A stretch of 64,000 nt of DNA, from positions 1-64,000 of the forward strand of contig NIVC01000118.1 of assembly GCA_002269645.1 (NCBI GenBank). The letters are read 5' to 3'. Positions 18,749 through 30,818 of the stretch are shown here, in pieces (the first letter of the stretch is position 1; each line of letters opens with the position of its first letter). This DNA comes from Macrostomum lignano. Taxonomy: Eukaryota. Under the pieces are notes generated by a model. That model did not search any database. It was not told the DNA's origin and saw nothing but the letters and a program-made list of their open reading frames with translations. Position numbers and translations under genes: made by a program.

Positions 18749-20192
18749 CACTCAGCAACATTGAAAAGTTTCCAACCCCGCGCCAGCCGTGTATATTTAG
18801 AGTGTCAAAACCATGGATGAATAATATAACTGGATCGCCAGAAGCTCGATTTTTTTGGTCCTAGCCATAGACAAGCACCAGCATCACAAGAAGCTCAGAA
18901 TTAGTTTTCTTCTTTGCTTGCCTTCACATTTGTAATATTAGTAAATTAATACTCATGCTTTAGGGGCGTTGATGGGAAAATCAGAGGGTTGGGGGCGATT
19001 CTTGAGGTGGATTAGGGGCTATTCTTGGGCTGGATTAGGGGCGATTCTTGAGGTGGATTGGGGCCCTCTGATTTTCCCATTGACGCCCTTAAAGCATTGG
19101 TATTACTATTATTGTACCATAGACATTTGTGCCCTTGACAAAGTGGGACAAAATTAGCGGGCAGTTAATGATATTAACTCAGAAATTAGGAAAGTTTATA
19201 TCAGTTAATGATATTAACTGCCCGCTAATTTGCATTTGAGTAAGTTTGAAATAGACAATCAGGCGTTAAATGTCATTAACTGCCCGCTAATTTGCATTAA
19301 AGTAAATGTGACTCCTGCAAGCGGGCTTAAATGTAGTTTATGGCATTAAAAGGCAAGAATAAGTGCCCAGCGGGCACAAAGGTCATGGTACAATTTCACT
19401 TATCCTACTAAGTATACTTATAAATAAAGATTTGCAGCTTCTGCAGCGGCTATTTGTTTATGTGTGAATGTACGGCATTCTGAGCTTCTTGTGAGGCTGG
19501 TGCTTGTCTATGGCTAGGACCAAAAAAATCGAGCTTCTGGCGATCCAGTTATATTATTCATCCATGGTCAAAACTGGTTTTTGTCGCCAGACTTGTGCCA
19601 TAGACGATTGATGATTTCGTCAACACGCACTTGGGCCATAGACAAAAACTTGGGTCATAGACGCCAGACAGGTCGAAGGAAACAGTCACATGGAGCAGAC
19701 AGCAGCAGCTTACGGGAATCTAAAATCCACGTTCGCAACCGAACGCAATGGTTCGTCAAATGACCGACCTGGAACGAGCGCGCGCCATTGGCATGCTGAA
19801 CGCTGCTGTCCATCCGAGCTGTTGCTCGCCAAATTGGGCGGTCGCAGTCGGACGGTCCCGATCACCGGACATGAATCCCATAGAGCACGTTTAGCGCGAA
19901 TCACTGTCTACTGCGTGGAAACAACTAACGCAAGATTTTCTGCGACGCCTGGTTCTGGGGATGCCCCGGAGAGTGAGCGCTCTGCTGCACGCACGTGGCT
20001 GCTATGCGCGTTACTGACCCTGTTCTGGGCAAGTTGTCACCCATGCTCGCGTACTTTGTTTCTTTGCTGTTCCTTTGCTTCGTTCGAATCCGGATTATAT
20101 TTTTGTCTATGGCTCAAACCACGAATATCTCCACCTACCAAAACGTTGAACCTTCGCGCGCTAGGGTGGAAACTTTTCAATGTTGCTGAGTG
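18749..20192 (+). mobile_element. Internally deleted Tc1/mariner element
   Basis: TA TSDs (18747-48, 20193-94) and 26-bp TIR CACTCAGCAACATTGAAAAGTTTCCA. Transposase N-terminus MVRQMTDLERARAIGMLNA (19748) is fused to C-terminal SPDMNPIEHV and LRRLVLGMPRRVSALLHARGCYARY* (20017). Confidence 0.92.
18810..19568. mobile_element. Fold-back/MITE with ~92-bp TIRs nested in the Tc1
   Basis: 18810-18901 is the reverse complement of 19477-19568 (about one mismatch). Flanked by direct CAAA (18806-09, 19569-72). Nested inner IRs at 19113-19134/19372-19392 and 19151-19169/19213-19231. Confidence 0.85.
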
Positions 20193-20266
20193 TAGTTTGT
20201 CAAAATTTGCCTAAGAAAACTCGTGAGAAAACTCACAATTCCATTTTGAGCCATGGACTAATCTTC

Positions 20267-20675
20267 AAAAACTGCATTCAGTTTTGCCAAAACTGCGACC
20301 TAGTATACCTATAGCAAACCAAGCACCATAGACAGACATAGATTCAAAAAATGGCCCAGTGTGGAGCTTTCTTACCACTGGAGGCCTCGATAAATGCCAT
20401 CATCGTGCATTCAGTGGGTGAACCATACTCAAACGTACATTTCGAGGGCATTTAGAGCTGGTCGACATCTTTGACTGAATGACAACCAACCGACCTCTCT
20501 CTTCATTTCAGTGGCTGATATGTCTCTGTGTGTACTTCGGGTGTGTCATTAGAAATGTCACTGATGTGAAAACAGACGAACTTGCAATCGTACTGAAGTA
20601 CTCCTGAATTTACGAGCGTATTAATAATATAAACGTTCTTAAACAAACTAGGTTGGCAAAATTGAATGCAGTTTT
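20267..20675. mobile_element. Small element bounded by inverted repeats (MITE-like)
   Basis: AAAACTGCATTCAGTTTTGCCAA vs TTGGCAAAATTGAATGCAGTTTT (one mismatch), plus inner CCTAGT/ACTAGG. Confidence 0.5.
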
Positions 20676-22779
20676 GACAAACTAGATCTCAATAAAGTAC
20701 CGTATTTTGTCAAATGCACTACTTAAAAGTTCGCCAGCTACTCCTTTGACTTTTTTGGCTAATATACCAGGCTTTTTTCTTTATGAGTAACATTTGGGCC
20801 TATACACGCATTGAATTTATTCCAAGTAGCTTCAATTTATTCCAATGTTTGCCAAAAGGAACGGAGCTTTTGTCAACGGTAGCAATCGGGTGACACAGCA
20901 GCATTTAATTTGGTCAATTTGGTCCATAGCGGCCATGAAAGTCAAATAATGAGTTACAGCTGTGTAATACAATTTATTTGAGCAAACTACACTGTACCAA
21001 TACAATGTAACCTCTAAAATGCAATCTGCTCGACTATAACAAAAACAAAAAGAGCATTTTAGCATGGTCAAAATTCAAAACTCATGGTCGCAAATGAAGC
21101 ATTGCTTCCGTCCCTCTGCTTTTGACAGTCATGTCAAAATAAAAATCTAGGGGTGAAAATGTAGAGTCTCTCTGAACCAAAGTGATGCTTGTTGGACCAA
21201 ATTTAGTGCCACCATACTTAGTGCCTTTAGTATTTAGTGCCTTTTGGACTGTCAGTAGACAAGTGTACCAGTAAACTGAAGGTAGGTGATTTCACTACTA
21301 TTTACTACTATTAGGCTAATTGTCAAAGGTCTAATAGTAGTAAAACTGCATGCAGCAGTTTTAAATTACGGCGAACTTTTAAAATTAAATCAGAATAGCG
21401 CTTATAAGTCCCTTATCGTCCGAGGTGTCTTCAAACGTTTATCAATTATGATTTTTTATGAAATTTTAAAGTTTCTAATTTTCTTATCTCCAAAATGTAG
21501 TTTGGTCGGATTTTTCTCGAAAAGTTGCTTTAATCGGGGTTTGAGATAAATTTCCATAAATTGGAAAGCTGTTACATCATTTTACCATCATTTTGTTTCT
21601 CATTATAGCTACGAATATAGCTGCTTCTATAATATACACACGATAATAAAAAGTTTGAAATTTTTCTTTTAGCTTGACATGCAGTTCAATACCTAACCCC
21701 ATTGTTTTGGGTTTCCCTGTAATTCCTTTTTGAATAACTGCTACCCAACTACCCAACAACCGCTGCAAAGGTTCTGTCATTATTTATTTGGATTAAATCA
21801 ATAATATCATGGAGCACTTTGACCGTTTTAATCACTAATAATAATTTCCCTGGTTTAAAGAGTAAAGGTTTTGTTTATTTCATTATATACGTCTGTACTA
21901 TTACTCATGCTTCGCCTATTGCACCCAACCCCATCCGCGCCTCACGCCACCTTTCTCACCCCCTCTATTCTGATTGGTTTACGCACGAGTACATTGCAAT
22001 TTATGCACATTTACGACAACCCCTAAAGTCTGTGTCAACCCCGCCCTCTATTAAATTGAGAGTAAATATACTAGCTCAAGACTAGACTGCACGTGACCCT
22101 TCGATTTTAGGCTTCTCTTCTTAACATTCTCGCTTTCTTAAGCACATCTTGATTTTATTACATACAGAATAAACTTCACCAGGCCAAAACTGCGCATTGA
22201 GAACTTTTGTATTGGACCTCACTTTGCATTTTAGCTCGTACTCACTTTGGGAGGAGCATTGTGAGTCGCCAGGAATGTAAATATTGAATAATTTTATTCT
22301 GTATTGTTTCAGGTCTTCAGATAGCAAACGGAAGGCTGGAGTGGGCAGCAATGTGACAGCTATTGTCAATCGTCAAATATTTGCCTTCAGAGCCGGGTTT
22401 AAAGTAGGACTCTGCCCTGAAGGCCGGCCTCGGGAGTTCGGGACAGCTCACCTAATCAATGAACCAGAAGAGACTATAAAATCAGCTGTGTTATTCCTTT
22501 TTATGTTTACATAGTAGAGAGTCCTGAGGCAACAATATAACAGGTCCACAATCCAACTAACAGCCGTTGCATTTAAACAAAAAACGAATTCCACAGTGCC
22601 ATCAACCTATCACTTGCGCTTCTTGACAAAAGAGCAGAAAGACAAACTGACTCAATCAGAATTTGCAGACTTGTTGAGTCTGGTCCGAGACAAGCCGAGC
22701 CATAGGTTAAGAGTCAGCAGAGATCTAAGCATAACATGTAACAAGATAGGCAAAACAAAACAAAACAATTGAACAAAAG

Positions 22780-23060
22780 GTTACTTCTAATGCGACTGCT
22801 GCATCAATGAGCACCTGGTTTACATCGACGCATGAATTCGGTGCATTTACATGTACTCGTACATACACAGAAGTGTGTTTGGCTACGCAGACAGTTGCCC
22901 TCCTGGTTGCTGTTACAGGTGATTGTGTCAACATCAAGGCTGACAAATTGCGCCGGGGCGCCAACGAACAGGCGACGTCAGTTCCGCAATTTCAGTAATT
23001 TGTCTACCTTGGTGGTTTGGTTCCCGACGTCAGTGGGGTCTTAACGGGCTTACATTGGTC
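22780..23060 (+). pseudogene. Old RTE-type RT fragment
   Basis: SVFGYAD..ALL and FQ*FVYLGGLVPDVSGVL, matching CQQFVYLGGLVPDAREDL of the 5421-6456 LINE. Confidence 0.65.
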
Positions 23061-24279
23061 TGAGACCCTACCCTGTTGTTGCAGGCCGTGGTCGCGGAGA
23101 CTTGGACTTCTCAGCAACTCCTTCGTTGATAATCCGGATACCATTTGATCCGGCAGATTCGCCAAGTTCAACATTCTCAAGAGAAGTGATATCGCATTTA
23201 AAATGGTAATTAAGTCTTCGAATGGCTTTCTAAGCAAAACATGAATTTCTTGCGTTCCTCTCATTCAAAAACTGGGGAAAACTTTTATTGTCCCTCTCTT
23301 TACTAAAATTAGTCTATGGCGCTATTCTCGATCCATCAGCGAATCAGAAACCGACTTCTACCATAGACATTCAGCTCGGCTCAAACACCCAGCCTATCCC
23401 TAACATAGAGCCCCCAAATTTCTTGCATTGTCACCCGGAATTTTCTTGCATTGATCAAGTTAATTAATGACAATCAAATTATTATAGAACTTTGCAGTAG
23501 TCAATATCGAATTTTGAGGGAGCGCAGCGCTAATAATGTTACTGTATATTCGATATCCTACGAGTTATACTACTGGATACTAGGCAATAGTCAGTTTATG
23601 CTAGCAACGTGAATTAACACCAGAACAAGCTTACTGTGTACACAGGGCATCAACTACGCCTATTCGTACTTACGCATTCACAGTACTTGGCTTGGGCACA
23701 CGAACCGAACCCAATTACTGCGGATGCTACTTCAGCGTGAAAGGTTTCTAAAAACGAAAATCTGCACCCCACCCCGGGCTTCACACGATGATGTCTGTAG
23801 AAGACAGAAAAAGTGCATGCAGAGATTTTCAGCGGCGCGGGTATCGGTTAGGATAAACTGGGTAGAAAGCTGAGCTCACTAGGGCTTAACACATATGAGT
23901 GAGAAAGTGCTCAACAGATACGCCTACAGAGAAAAATTGTCAGTCCGAATTCTCAAGAGTGCCCCAGAGCTCGGGAAGCTGCATCATCAATTTTTCACCG
24001 CCAAGCAAGCTTGAGCAAAAATTGTGTCGGCATGGAGCTTGGGGTAGAAAGATTTTTTTGGAATTAGAAGATTAATATGCGACCGGCGATTCAGGGAGCC
24101 ATTGGACAGGGAAACGCTGTTATTATAGCATGTCACTGATTTATTACGAGTGATTGTGCTCAAGCTGGATTGGCCTTCAAGGTTGAATAACTCTGCTAAA
24201 TTAATCTTCTAGGCTGCTTTGAATCTATTTTGATAGAAACTGGTCCGTCACGACTTCTCGAACGGCCTGGCTCACGCAT

Positions 24280-24600
24280 CCTCTCTCTCGCTCAATGTCT
24301 CCCCCTTTCTCACTCTATTTTTCCCTCATCCCTCCACCTCTTCCCTCTCTCCCTCTCCCCTCTCTCCCTTCTCTCCCCTCTCTCCCTCTCCCTCTCTCTC
24401 CCTCTCCCCTCTTTCCCCTCTCTCCCCTCTCTCCCCTCTCTCCCTCTCTACCTCACCCTTTTCTTTCTCTCTCCCTCTCACCCTCTACTCTCTCTTTCTC
24501 TCCCTCTCTCCTTTCCCTTCTCCTTTCCCCTGTCTGTCCCTCACCTTTCTGTCTCCTTATTTTCTTATTCTCTCTTTCTGTCTCTTCCTTTTCCCTCCAT
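24280..24600. repeat. CT-rich polypyrimidine low-complexity tract
   Basis: Direct reading. Confidence 0.9.
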
Positions 24601-25002
24601 TTCCTGTACTGTGTACAGGCACAACTTACTCGTGAATCAAGAGTTTGGTTGTCATGCGCCAATGATTCAGGTGAAGCTGATGGTAGCGGCAAAACGGATT
24701 CTAATGGATATCGTTGGTTTGGATCGAAAATTATTGCTTGCCCAATATTGATTCACTTAGCTAGTGTTGAAAAATACTATGAGTACAAATCGGAGATCGA
24801 CACAGCGTTGTTAACATTCATACCCAATGATGACGTAAAGGCTCAGGGACGGACCTATCTTTAATAAGTACAGTATTACATTATCGAATTTCGTTCGCGA
24901 TGCGATTAGAATTAGGGGGGGGCCGAATCCGCACGTTCAGAGAGTGTGGTAATCGCTGAGTGATGCATGATTCGTTTTTTAATCCAGTTGCTGCACTGCC
25001 AC

Positions 25003-25230
25003 AGTTACAGTTTACAGCGGAGTTACAGTTTATAGGGAAGTTACAGTTTATAGGGGAGTTACAGTTTATAGGGGAGTTACAGTTTACAGCGGAGTTACAG
25101 TTTATAGCGGAGTTACGGTTTATAGCGGAGTTACAGTTTATAGGGGAGTTACAGTTTACAGCGGTGTAAGTTTACAGGGGAGTTACAGTTTATAGGAGAG
25201 TTACAGTTTATAGGGGAGTTACAGTTTACG
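25003..25230. repeat. 18-bp minisatellite (GGGGAGTTACAGTTTATA)
   Basis: Direct reading, ~12 units. Confidence 0.92.
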
Positions 25231-25865
25231 AGCTTCAAAGCTTAACTTCGTTTTATCATATGATATGAGATGGCTGAAGTCTTTCAAGAATTAACTATTA
25301 GCATATTTTTCTCTTTTAGGGTTCCAGTCCCCTTGCAGAAAATTTGCTCATTTCACTCACTTACAGATTCGTCATCTTTCCCGAGAAGAGCCTGCGCTCG
25401 ATCCAGACAAAGTGGTTAGAAATTGCTAAAAAAGTTGGGCGGATTCACCACAGTTATCTAAGCATAGAAAGATTCCCATATAAGGAAATTGGCAAAGCAA
25501 TATATTTGTATTTTTAGAAACTTTGTCGGAGGAAATCTACGCACGCGTTAATCACAATAATAAAGTTGAGTTGTAATTTCCGGTGGGTTGGCTGCTTCTA
25601 AGCTTTCATAGTCTTCACATCTGAATGAGTTTTTATACAAAAGCTAAACAAGGGCATATGGCCCGCCTACATTTTAGCTTAAAAAAGCAATTGTTTCCTG
25701 GCTATCCTAGACACTGATATTGGTAAAATGATACAAAACTTCTTCTTATAGTTGGGAAGCCGGCTAGGATTGACCATAGTTGGTTTTATTCTTTGGTTGC
25801 GAAATTGATTGAACTTTGCACTTTTTTAGCACCACGTGACCGTTGCTGCACTGAGTGCAATATGT

Positions 25866-25972
25866 ATAAGATATTCTATGGGTTTGAGGTCGGTATGTGA
25901 TTAAATCCCGAGAGCTGAAGGCTCGAGGGATTTAAGTGAAATACCGACCGAAAAACACATAGAATATCTTAT
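25866..25972. other. ~107-bp imperfect palindrome (long hairpin/cruciform)
   Basis: Paired arms ATAAGATATTCTATG/CATAGAATATCTTAT, GGTCGGTAT/ATACCGACC, TTAAATCCC/GGGATTTAA and GAGC/GCTC around a TGAAG loop. Confidence 0.85.
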
Positions 25973-26558
25973 TTAAACTACTTTAATTTAGCGGGATGTA
26001 TTCAGATAAATCCCGGAGCCATACTTGTATGTCTATGGTTGAAGTTGAGGATGGGGGTGTGGGGGCGAAGCCCCTGCTGGGGGTGTGGGGACGAAGCCCC
26101 CACATTCTAACCATAGACAAAATTTCATTAAGAAATTTCTCGAGTCACGAAGGAACAGAAGAGAGAAGCTCGCTTATTTAGATACATGCAATAATCCTTG
26201 CAATATGTCCGGGAAAGTGATCGATTAAATCCCGCAAAATAAAATCTATGTCAATAACCTCCCTGAAAGTGAGCTTTAAAGTGGTTTAAATTAATATAGA
26301 CTGGCTTTTCAGTTCATTTCAGTCCGAACAGCCAGTCCATATTAGTGTTATGGGTAGGCTGAAGCGCGGACGCACAACGCGGTTTCACGTCCACAGAAAC
26401 TGTCTATGGTTGAAAAAGCTTAGCTATATGCTTCGTGGCAGTTTCGCAGTCCGCGGAAACTGTCTATGGTTGAAACCCAAATAGAGTTTGAAGCATTCTT
26501 CTCTCGGTGGGTGGGAGAGAAAATAAGATTTAAACAGCTTTAAGGTTCGGAACTAGCC

Positions 26559-26930
26559 ATGTTTCACTGGGAATCAATACTAGAGGAAGATATTAGCGGT
26601 TTAGAAATGAATGAGATTGAGTTTCTGCAGCAACTTGGACATCGTGATCCTGGTGAAGAAGTTAGTCAGTGGACCGGTGTGACCGTAAGACAGCAGGAGT
26701 TGATTGACGCAGAATTGTCCAATCCAAGCATTCTGAATAATGCCGAGCTTCTGCGGGAACTGACGGAAGAAGAGGAAGCTGCTGTGCAAGACGTCGAAGA
26801 GGCTGCCAAACGCAAATCGACCACGGATCAAACCGCTCTTCATGTGAAGCGCTTCAAAAAATATCTGGTATTGAGATTCTAAAAACTATTGAGGTAACTA
26901 TTGATGAACTCTCCAGCCACATATCATTTT
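26559..26930 (+). pseudogene. Truncated N-terminus of a Crypton/DUF3504-type tyrosine-recombinase-like protein (tentative)
   Basis: ELTEEEEAAV..EEAAKRKSTTDQTALHVKRFKKYL, continuing in another frame as KTIEVTIDELSSHISF. This resembles the (R)F..LSEEEL...SKNT...T..AV..F..YL...IE.L...EL N-terminus of that family. Pattern recall only; no catalytic domain present. Confidence 0.4.
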
Positions 26931-27574
26931 GAGCTTCCAAGCGTTATTTACTGAATTATTTCGTTTACTTCGTGTTTCATTCCTGTTGTGTTTGGTCTTG
27001 TGTTTGTTGGCAGTGAAATATACAGTGGCTATAAGTGATGAATTGAATATAATTGAAATATGCTTCAACCATAGACAGTGACGGCGGACAAATGTAGAGC
27101 GTTTCAATCGCGTTTCAACCCAGGCAGCCTACCCATAACGAGTACTTCTGATGTTTCTTTCATCATATCACACGATGATGTTTCTTTGCTTTACGTCACC
27201 GTTTTGAATTTTGGATTCAATCCTTCTGTGTACTTTTAATAAAGTCTGTGTACTTTATCGTGCATCAATGTACTTTTATATGATTTTGCACTTTACGGCG
27301 GTCATATCTTTTCCGTGTGCTCTCTCTACGCATATTTCTGAACCCTTTCCATTTGACATGGTCAGTAACTTCTATTGGCGCACCTTAATGCACTTTAAAA
27401 GCCTAGTGTACTTTTACACACACCACTGGAAATTAAGGAAATCATTCGAAAAGGCAAAAAAAGCAAAATAAAGCATTAATTTAAACATAAATTACGCACA
27501 AAAAAAGACTTTTATGTACTTTTTATTCGCATACACGCTCATTACAAGTTGTAATGAGCATCAAGATAAAATGA

Positions 27575-27680
27575 ACGACAACAACAACAAAATACGCCTC
27601 CAGGGTCTTTAGAAGAAGGCTCTAGCGTCACAAGGTCGCGGCGGCTGCGTCATCCAGCAGACAGTTGGATGAAACGGGTA
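27575..27680 (-). mobile_element. ~100-bp 3'-end fragment of an RTE-type LINE
   Basis: (TTG)n tail preceded by GCGTATTTT, and ACTGTCTGCTGG(A/C)TGACGC shared with the 3' end of the 5421-6456 element. Confidence 0.55.
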
Positions 27681-28914
27681 GAGAATTAAAGGACTTAATT
27701 AACAATAGAATTTTTGAAAGCATCAAACAAAAAGGGTAAAGCAAAAGCCTAAATAGAAAAACAGCGTCACATTTCTAGACAACAAAAAGCTTTTTAGACT
27801 GAGGCATATCGAATAAAAATAACAGATAAACAAAGGGGAAAAGGGAGAGAAATTTTAGGTGATGTCAAAGAAACGACAAAATATTTCTGGTATGGTATTA
27901 CATAGATAAAACTGAAATTTCGGTCTAATTTTGTTTCGGGCTTGCTATTGTCAGTCTTTTTTCTCTCCAGCGTATCTCCTTCGTGTTTAGAAAACAGAAG
28001 ACAAGCACGGATAAGAAGCACATATTAAAATATTGGGCTTTGGAGCATTGGCGCCGTGCCACTGTCTCACTGAAAACACTCAATCAGAGGGGACGCTATA
28101 GCTTACAGATTGGACATCTCAATTCTAAAGTTAGCCTGTAACTAATGCAAAAGTTGACAAGCAAACTGAACCATTCTTTAAACACATGGCAGTCCGTGAG
28201 AATGTCTATGTCCAAAAGACCGCTAATGCAGTGTAAAACGCATTTCAGCGACTGTCTATGGTGAATCCTCTTATTTGGAGATTATGCTGACTCAGCACTC
28301 GGCCATAGACTATAGAGCCAGTCAAGCTGATGAAGCCACATTGAAGCAAATATAATTCTGCCGAAAGAACTTCGAATTTCTGCACTTGGTCGAGATCGGC
28401 TTAATTATCAGTTTGACTGGCAAAGACTCTGCAGGAAACTTAGTGTTGGCATAAGGAAATTTACTCTTTCTAAAGTTGGACAATATGACACGATAACTTT
28501 ATTAGTTTAGACAACTATTAAAACATAAAAATTACAGTAATTTGTTCTGCTAGTCCTTATAAAATGACGAGTCTAAAGTGATTTTGGAATGTATTCTATA
28601 ATTTTACTGACTGTAGTTGATCGAAGTATGACTGACTTGATTAATTAAGTTCAAATTTGCATTGGGTAGCTTAAAAATCAATTGACACTTGCATGAGGAT
28701 CTTACAAGTATGACGATGTGTCAGGGTGCCTCTGTTATATACTGTGTTGCTCTAGACTGTAATAGATAGTTCAAAGATTGATTTGGGTAGAATTGCCTCA
28801 GTTTATCGAAGTGGTATCTATAAAATGTATTTAAAAACTTTTCAATGTGTTAGCAGCGGCTAAGACACCTCTAGGACCTCTTGGTCGCTATACCTCAAGA
28901 ATCTATTGGTGATT

Positions 28915-29200
28915 GGTCACCTCTAGGATGCGTTGGTTACCTCTTTGGTGCATTGGTTACCTTTAGGATGCATTGGTTACCTCTATAATGCACTGGTTAC
29001 CTCTAGAATGCATTGAATACCTCTATAATGCACTGGTTACCTGTAGGATGCACTGGTTACCTCTAGAATGCATTGAATACCTCTATAATGCACTGGTTAC
29101 CTGTAGGATGCACTTGTTACCTCTAGAATGCATTGAATACCTCTATAATGCATTGAATACCTCTATAATGCATTGGATACCTCTAGGATGCATTGGGCGC
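28915..29200. repeat. ~20-bp minisatellite with 60-bp higher-order repeat (TGCACTGGTTACCTCTAGAA)
   Basis: Direct reading; begins ~70 bp 3' of the TRHR-like stop codon. Confidence 0.9.
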
Positions 29201-29268
29201 CTCTAGAACTGCAGGGATCATACAAAAATAACTCTATAATATTGAAATCGATAACTCAAAGCAACCAA

Positions 29269-29492
29269 CTAGTTGTCGAGTTTGACTTCGGGTTCAGACA
29301 CCATGGCAATGTGTTCCAGCTGGTACATTTCCTGCTGCTGCTGCTCCTGTCGTTGCTGCTTCTGCAATTTCGAATCATTAGCCAATTTAGGCGGTTGCTC
29401 TGACGAAACGTTGCGCACTGTGTTGCTGACTGTCAAGGAGCCGCCGCCATTCAGGCCGTCTCTACGCTGACTGTTGCCGCCAAAGTAGATGC
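29269..29492 (-). CDS. TRHR: TRH-receptor-like GPCR, last coding exon (C-terminal tail)
   Basis: GGGCAG acceptor, phase matches exon 3 (T|GC = Cys), open for 73 codons to TAG (IYFGGNSQRR...EVKLDN*). Confidence 0.75.
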
Positions 29493-29781
29493 CTGCCCAG
29501 AGGTAGATTTTTATTTTGTTATTTTTAATGATATATTGGAGTTGAACAGTCTTACAAAACGAGACAAAATTTGCTAGATTAAATAGCTGAGGGAAGAAAC
29601 CAATAATTTCGTGACTTTGGCACGGACCTACGAAAATTTATTAACAATTTAATCAAGTTTCTTTTGTTTGACAGAGATGCATGAAACAAATTTAACCAAC
29701 TCTTTTTTTGCTGCTCAGTGGCTACATTACTTCATGTAGATAGGGTTTTGAGGTAACTGTCCAAGTTTGAGGTATCCAAGT

Positions 29782-30818
29782 TCCCAGTCCAAATTCCAGT
29801 CCCAGTCCTAGTCCCAGTCCAAATTCCAGTCCCAGTCCCAGTCCCAGTCCCAGTCCCAGTCCCAGTCCCAGTCCCAGTCCCAGTCCCAGTCCCAGTCCAA
29901 GTCCCAGTCCCAGTCCCAGTCCAAGACCCAGTCCCAGTCCCAGTCCCAGTCCCAGTCCAAGTCCCAGTCCCAGTCCCAGTCCCAGACCCAGTCCCAGTCC
30001 CAGTCCCAATCACAGTTCCAGTCCCAGTCCCAGTCCCAGTCCCAGTCCCAGTCCCAGTCCCAGTCCCAATCCCAGTTCCAGTCCCAGTCCCAGTCCCAGT
30101 CCCAGTCCCAGTCCCAGACCCAGTCCCAGTCCAAGTCCCAGTCCCAGTCCCAGTCCCAGACCCAGTCCCAGTCCCAGTCCCAGTCCCAGTCCCAGTCCCA
30201 GTCCAAGTCCCAGTCCCAGTCCCAGACCCAGTCCCAGTCCCAGTCCCAATCACAGTTCCAGTCCCAGTCCCAGTCCAGTCCCAGTCCCAGTCCCAGTCCC
30301 AGTCCCAGTCCCAGTCCCAGTCCCAGTCCCAGTCCCAGTCCCAGTCCCAGTCCCAGTCCCAGTCCCAGTCCCAGTCCCAGTCCCAGTCCCAGTCCCAGTC
30401 CCAGTCCCAGTCCCAGTCCCAGTCCCAGTCCCAGTCCCAGTCCAGTCCCAGTCCCAGTCCCAGTCCCAGACCCAGTCCCAGTCCCAGTCCCAATCACAGT
30501 TCCAGTCCCAGTCCCAGTCCCAGTCCCAGTCCCAGTCCCAGTCCCAGTCCCAGTCCCAGTCCCAGTCCCAGTCCCAGTCCCAGTCCCAGTCCCAGTCCCA
30601 GTCCCAGTCCCAATCACAGTCCCAGTCCCAGTCCCAGTCCCAGTCCCAGTCCCAGTCCCAGTCCCAGTCCCAGTCCCAGTCCCAGTCCCAGTCCCAGTCC
30701 CAGTCCCAGTCCCAGTCCCAGTCCCAGTCCCAGTCCCAGTCCCAGTCCCAGTCCCAGTCCCAGTCCCAGTCCCAGTCCCAGTCCCAGTCCCAGTCCCAGT
30801 CCCAGTCCCAGTCCCAGT
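29782..30818. repeat. (CCAGTC)n / (GGGACT)n hexamer array, ~170 units, in TRHR intron 3
   Basis: Direct reading. Confidence 0.98.

Noticed and set aside
24230-24864. Leu/Ser/Pro-rich ORFs
   Set aside because: They are translations of a CT-rich low-complexity tract.
29782-30818. Interstitial telomere
   Set aside because: The unit GGGACT shares only GGG with the common animal telomere repeat TTAGGG.
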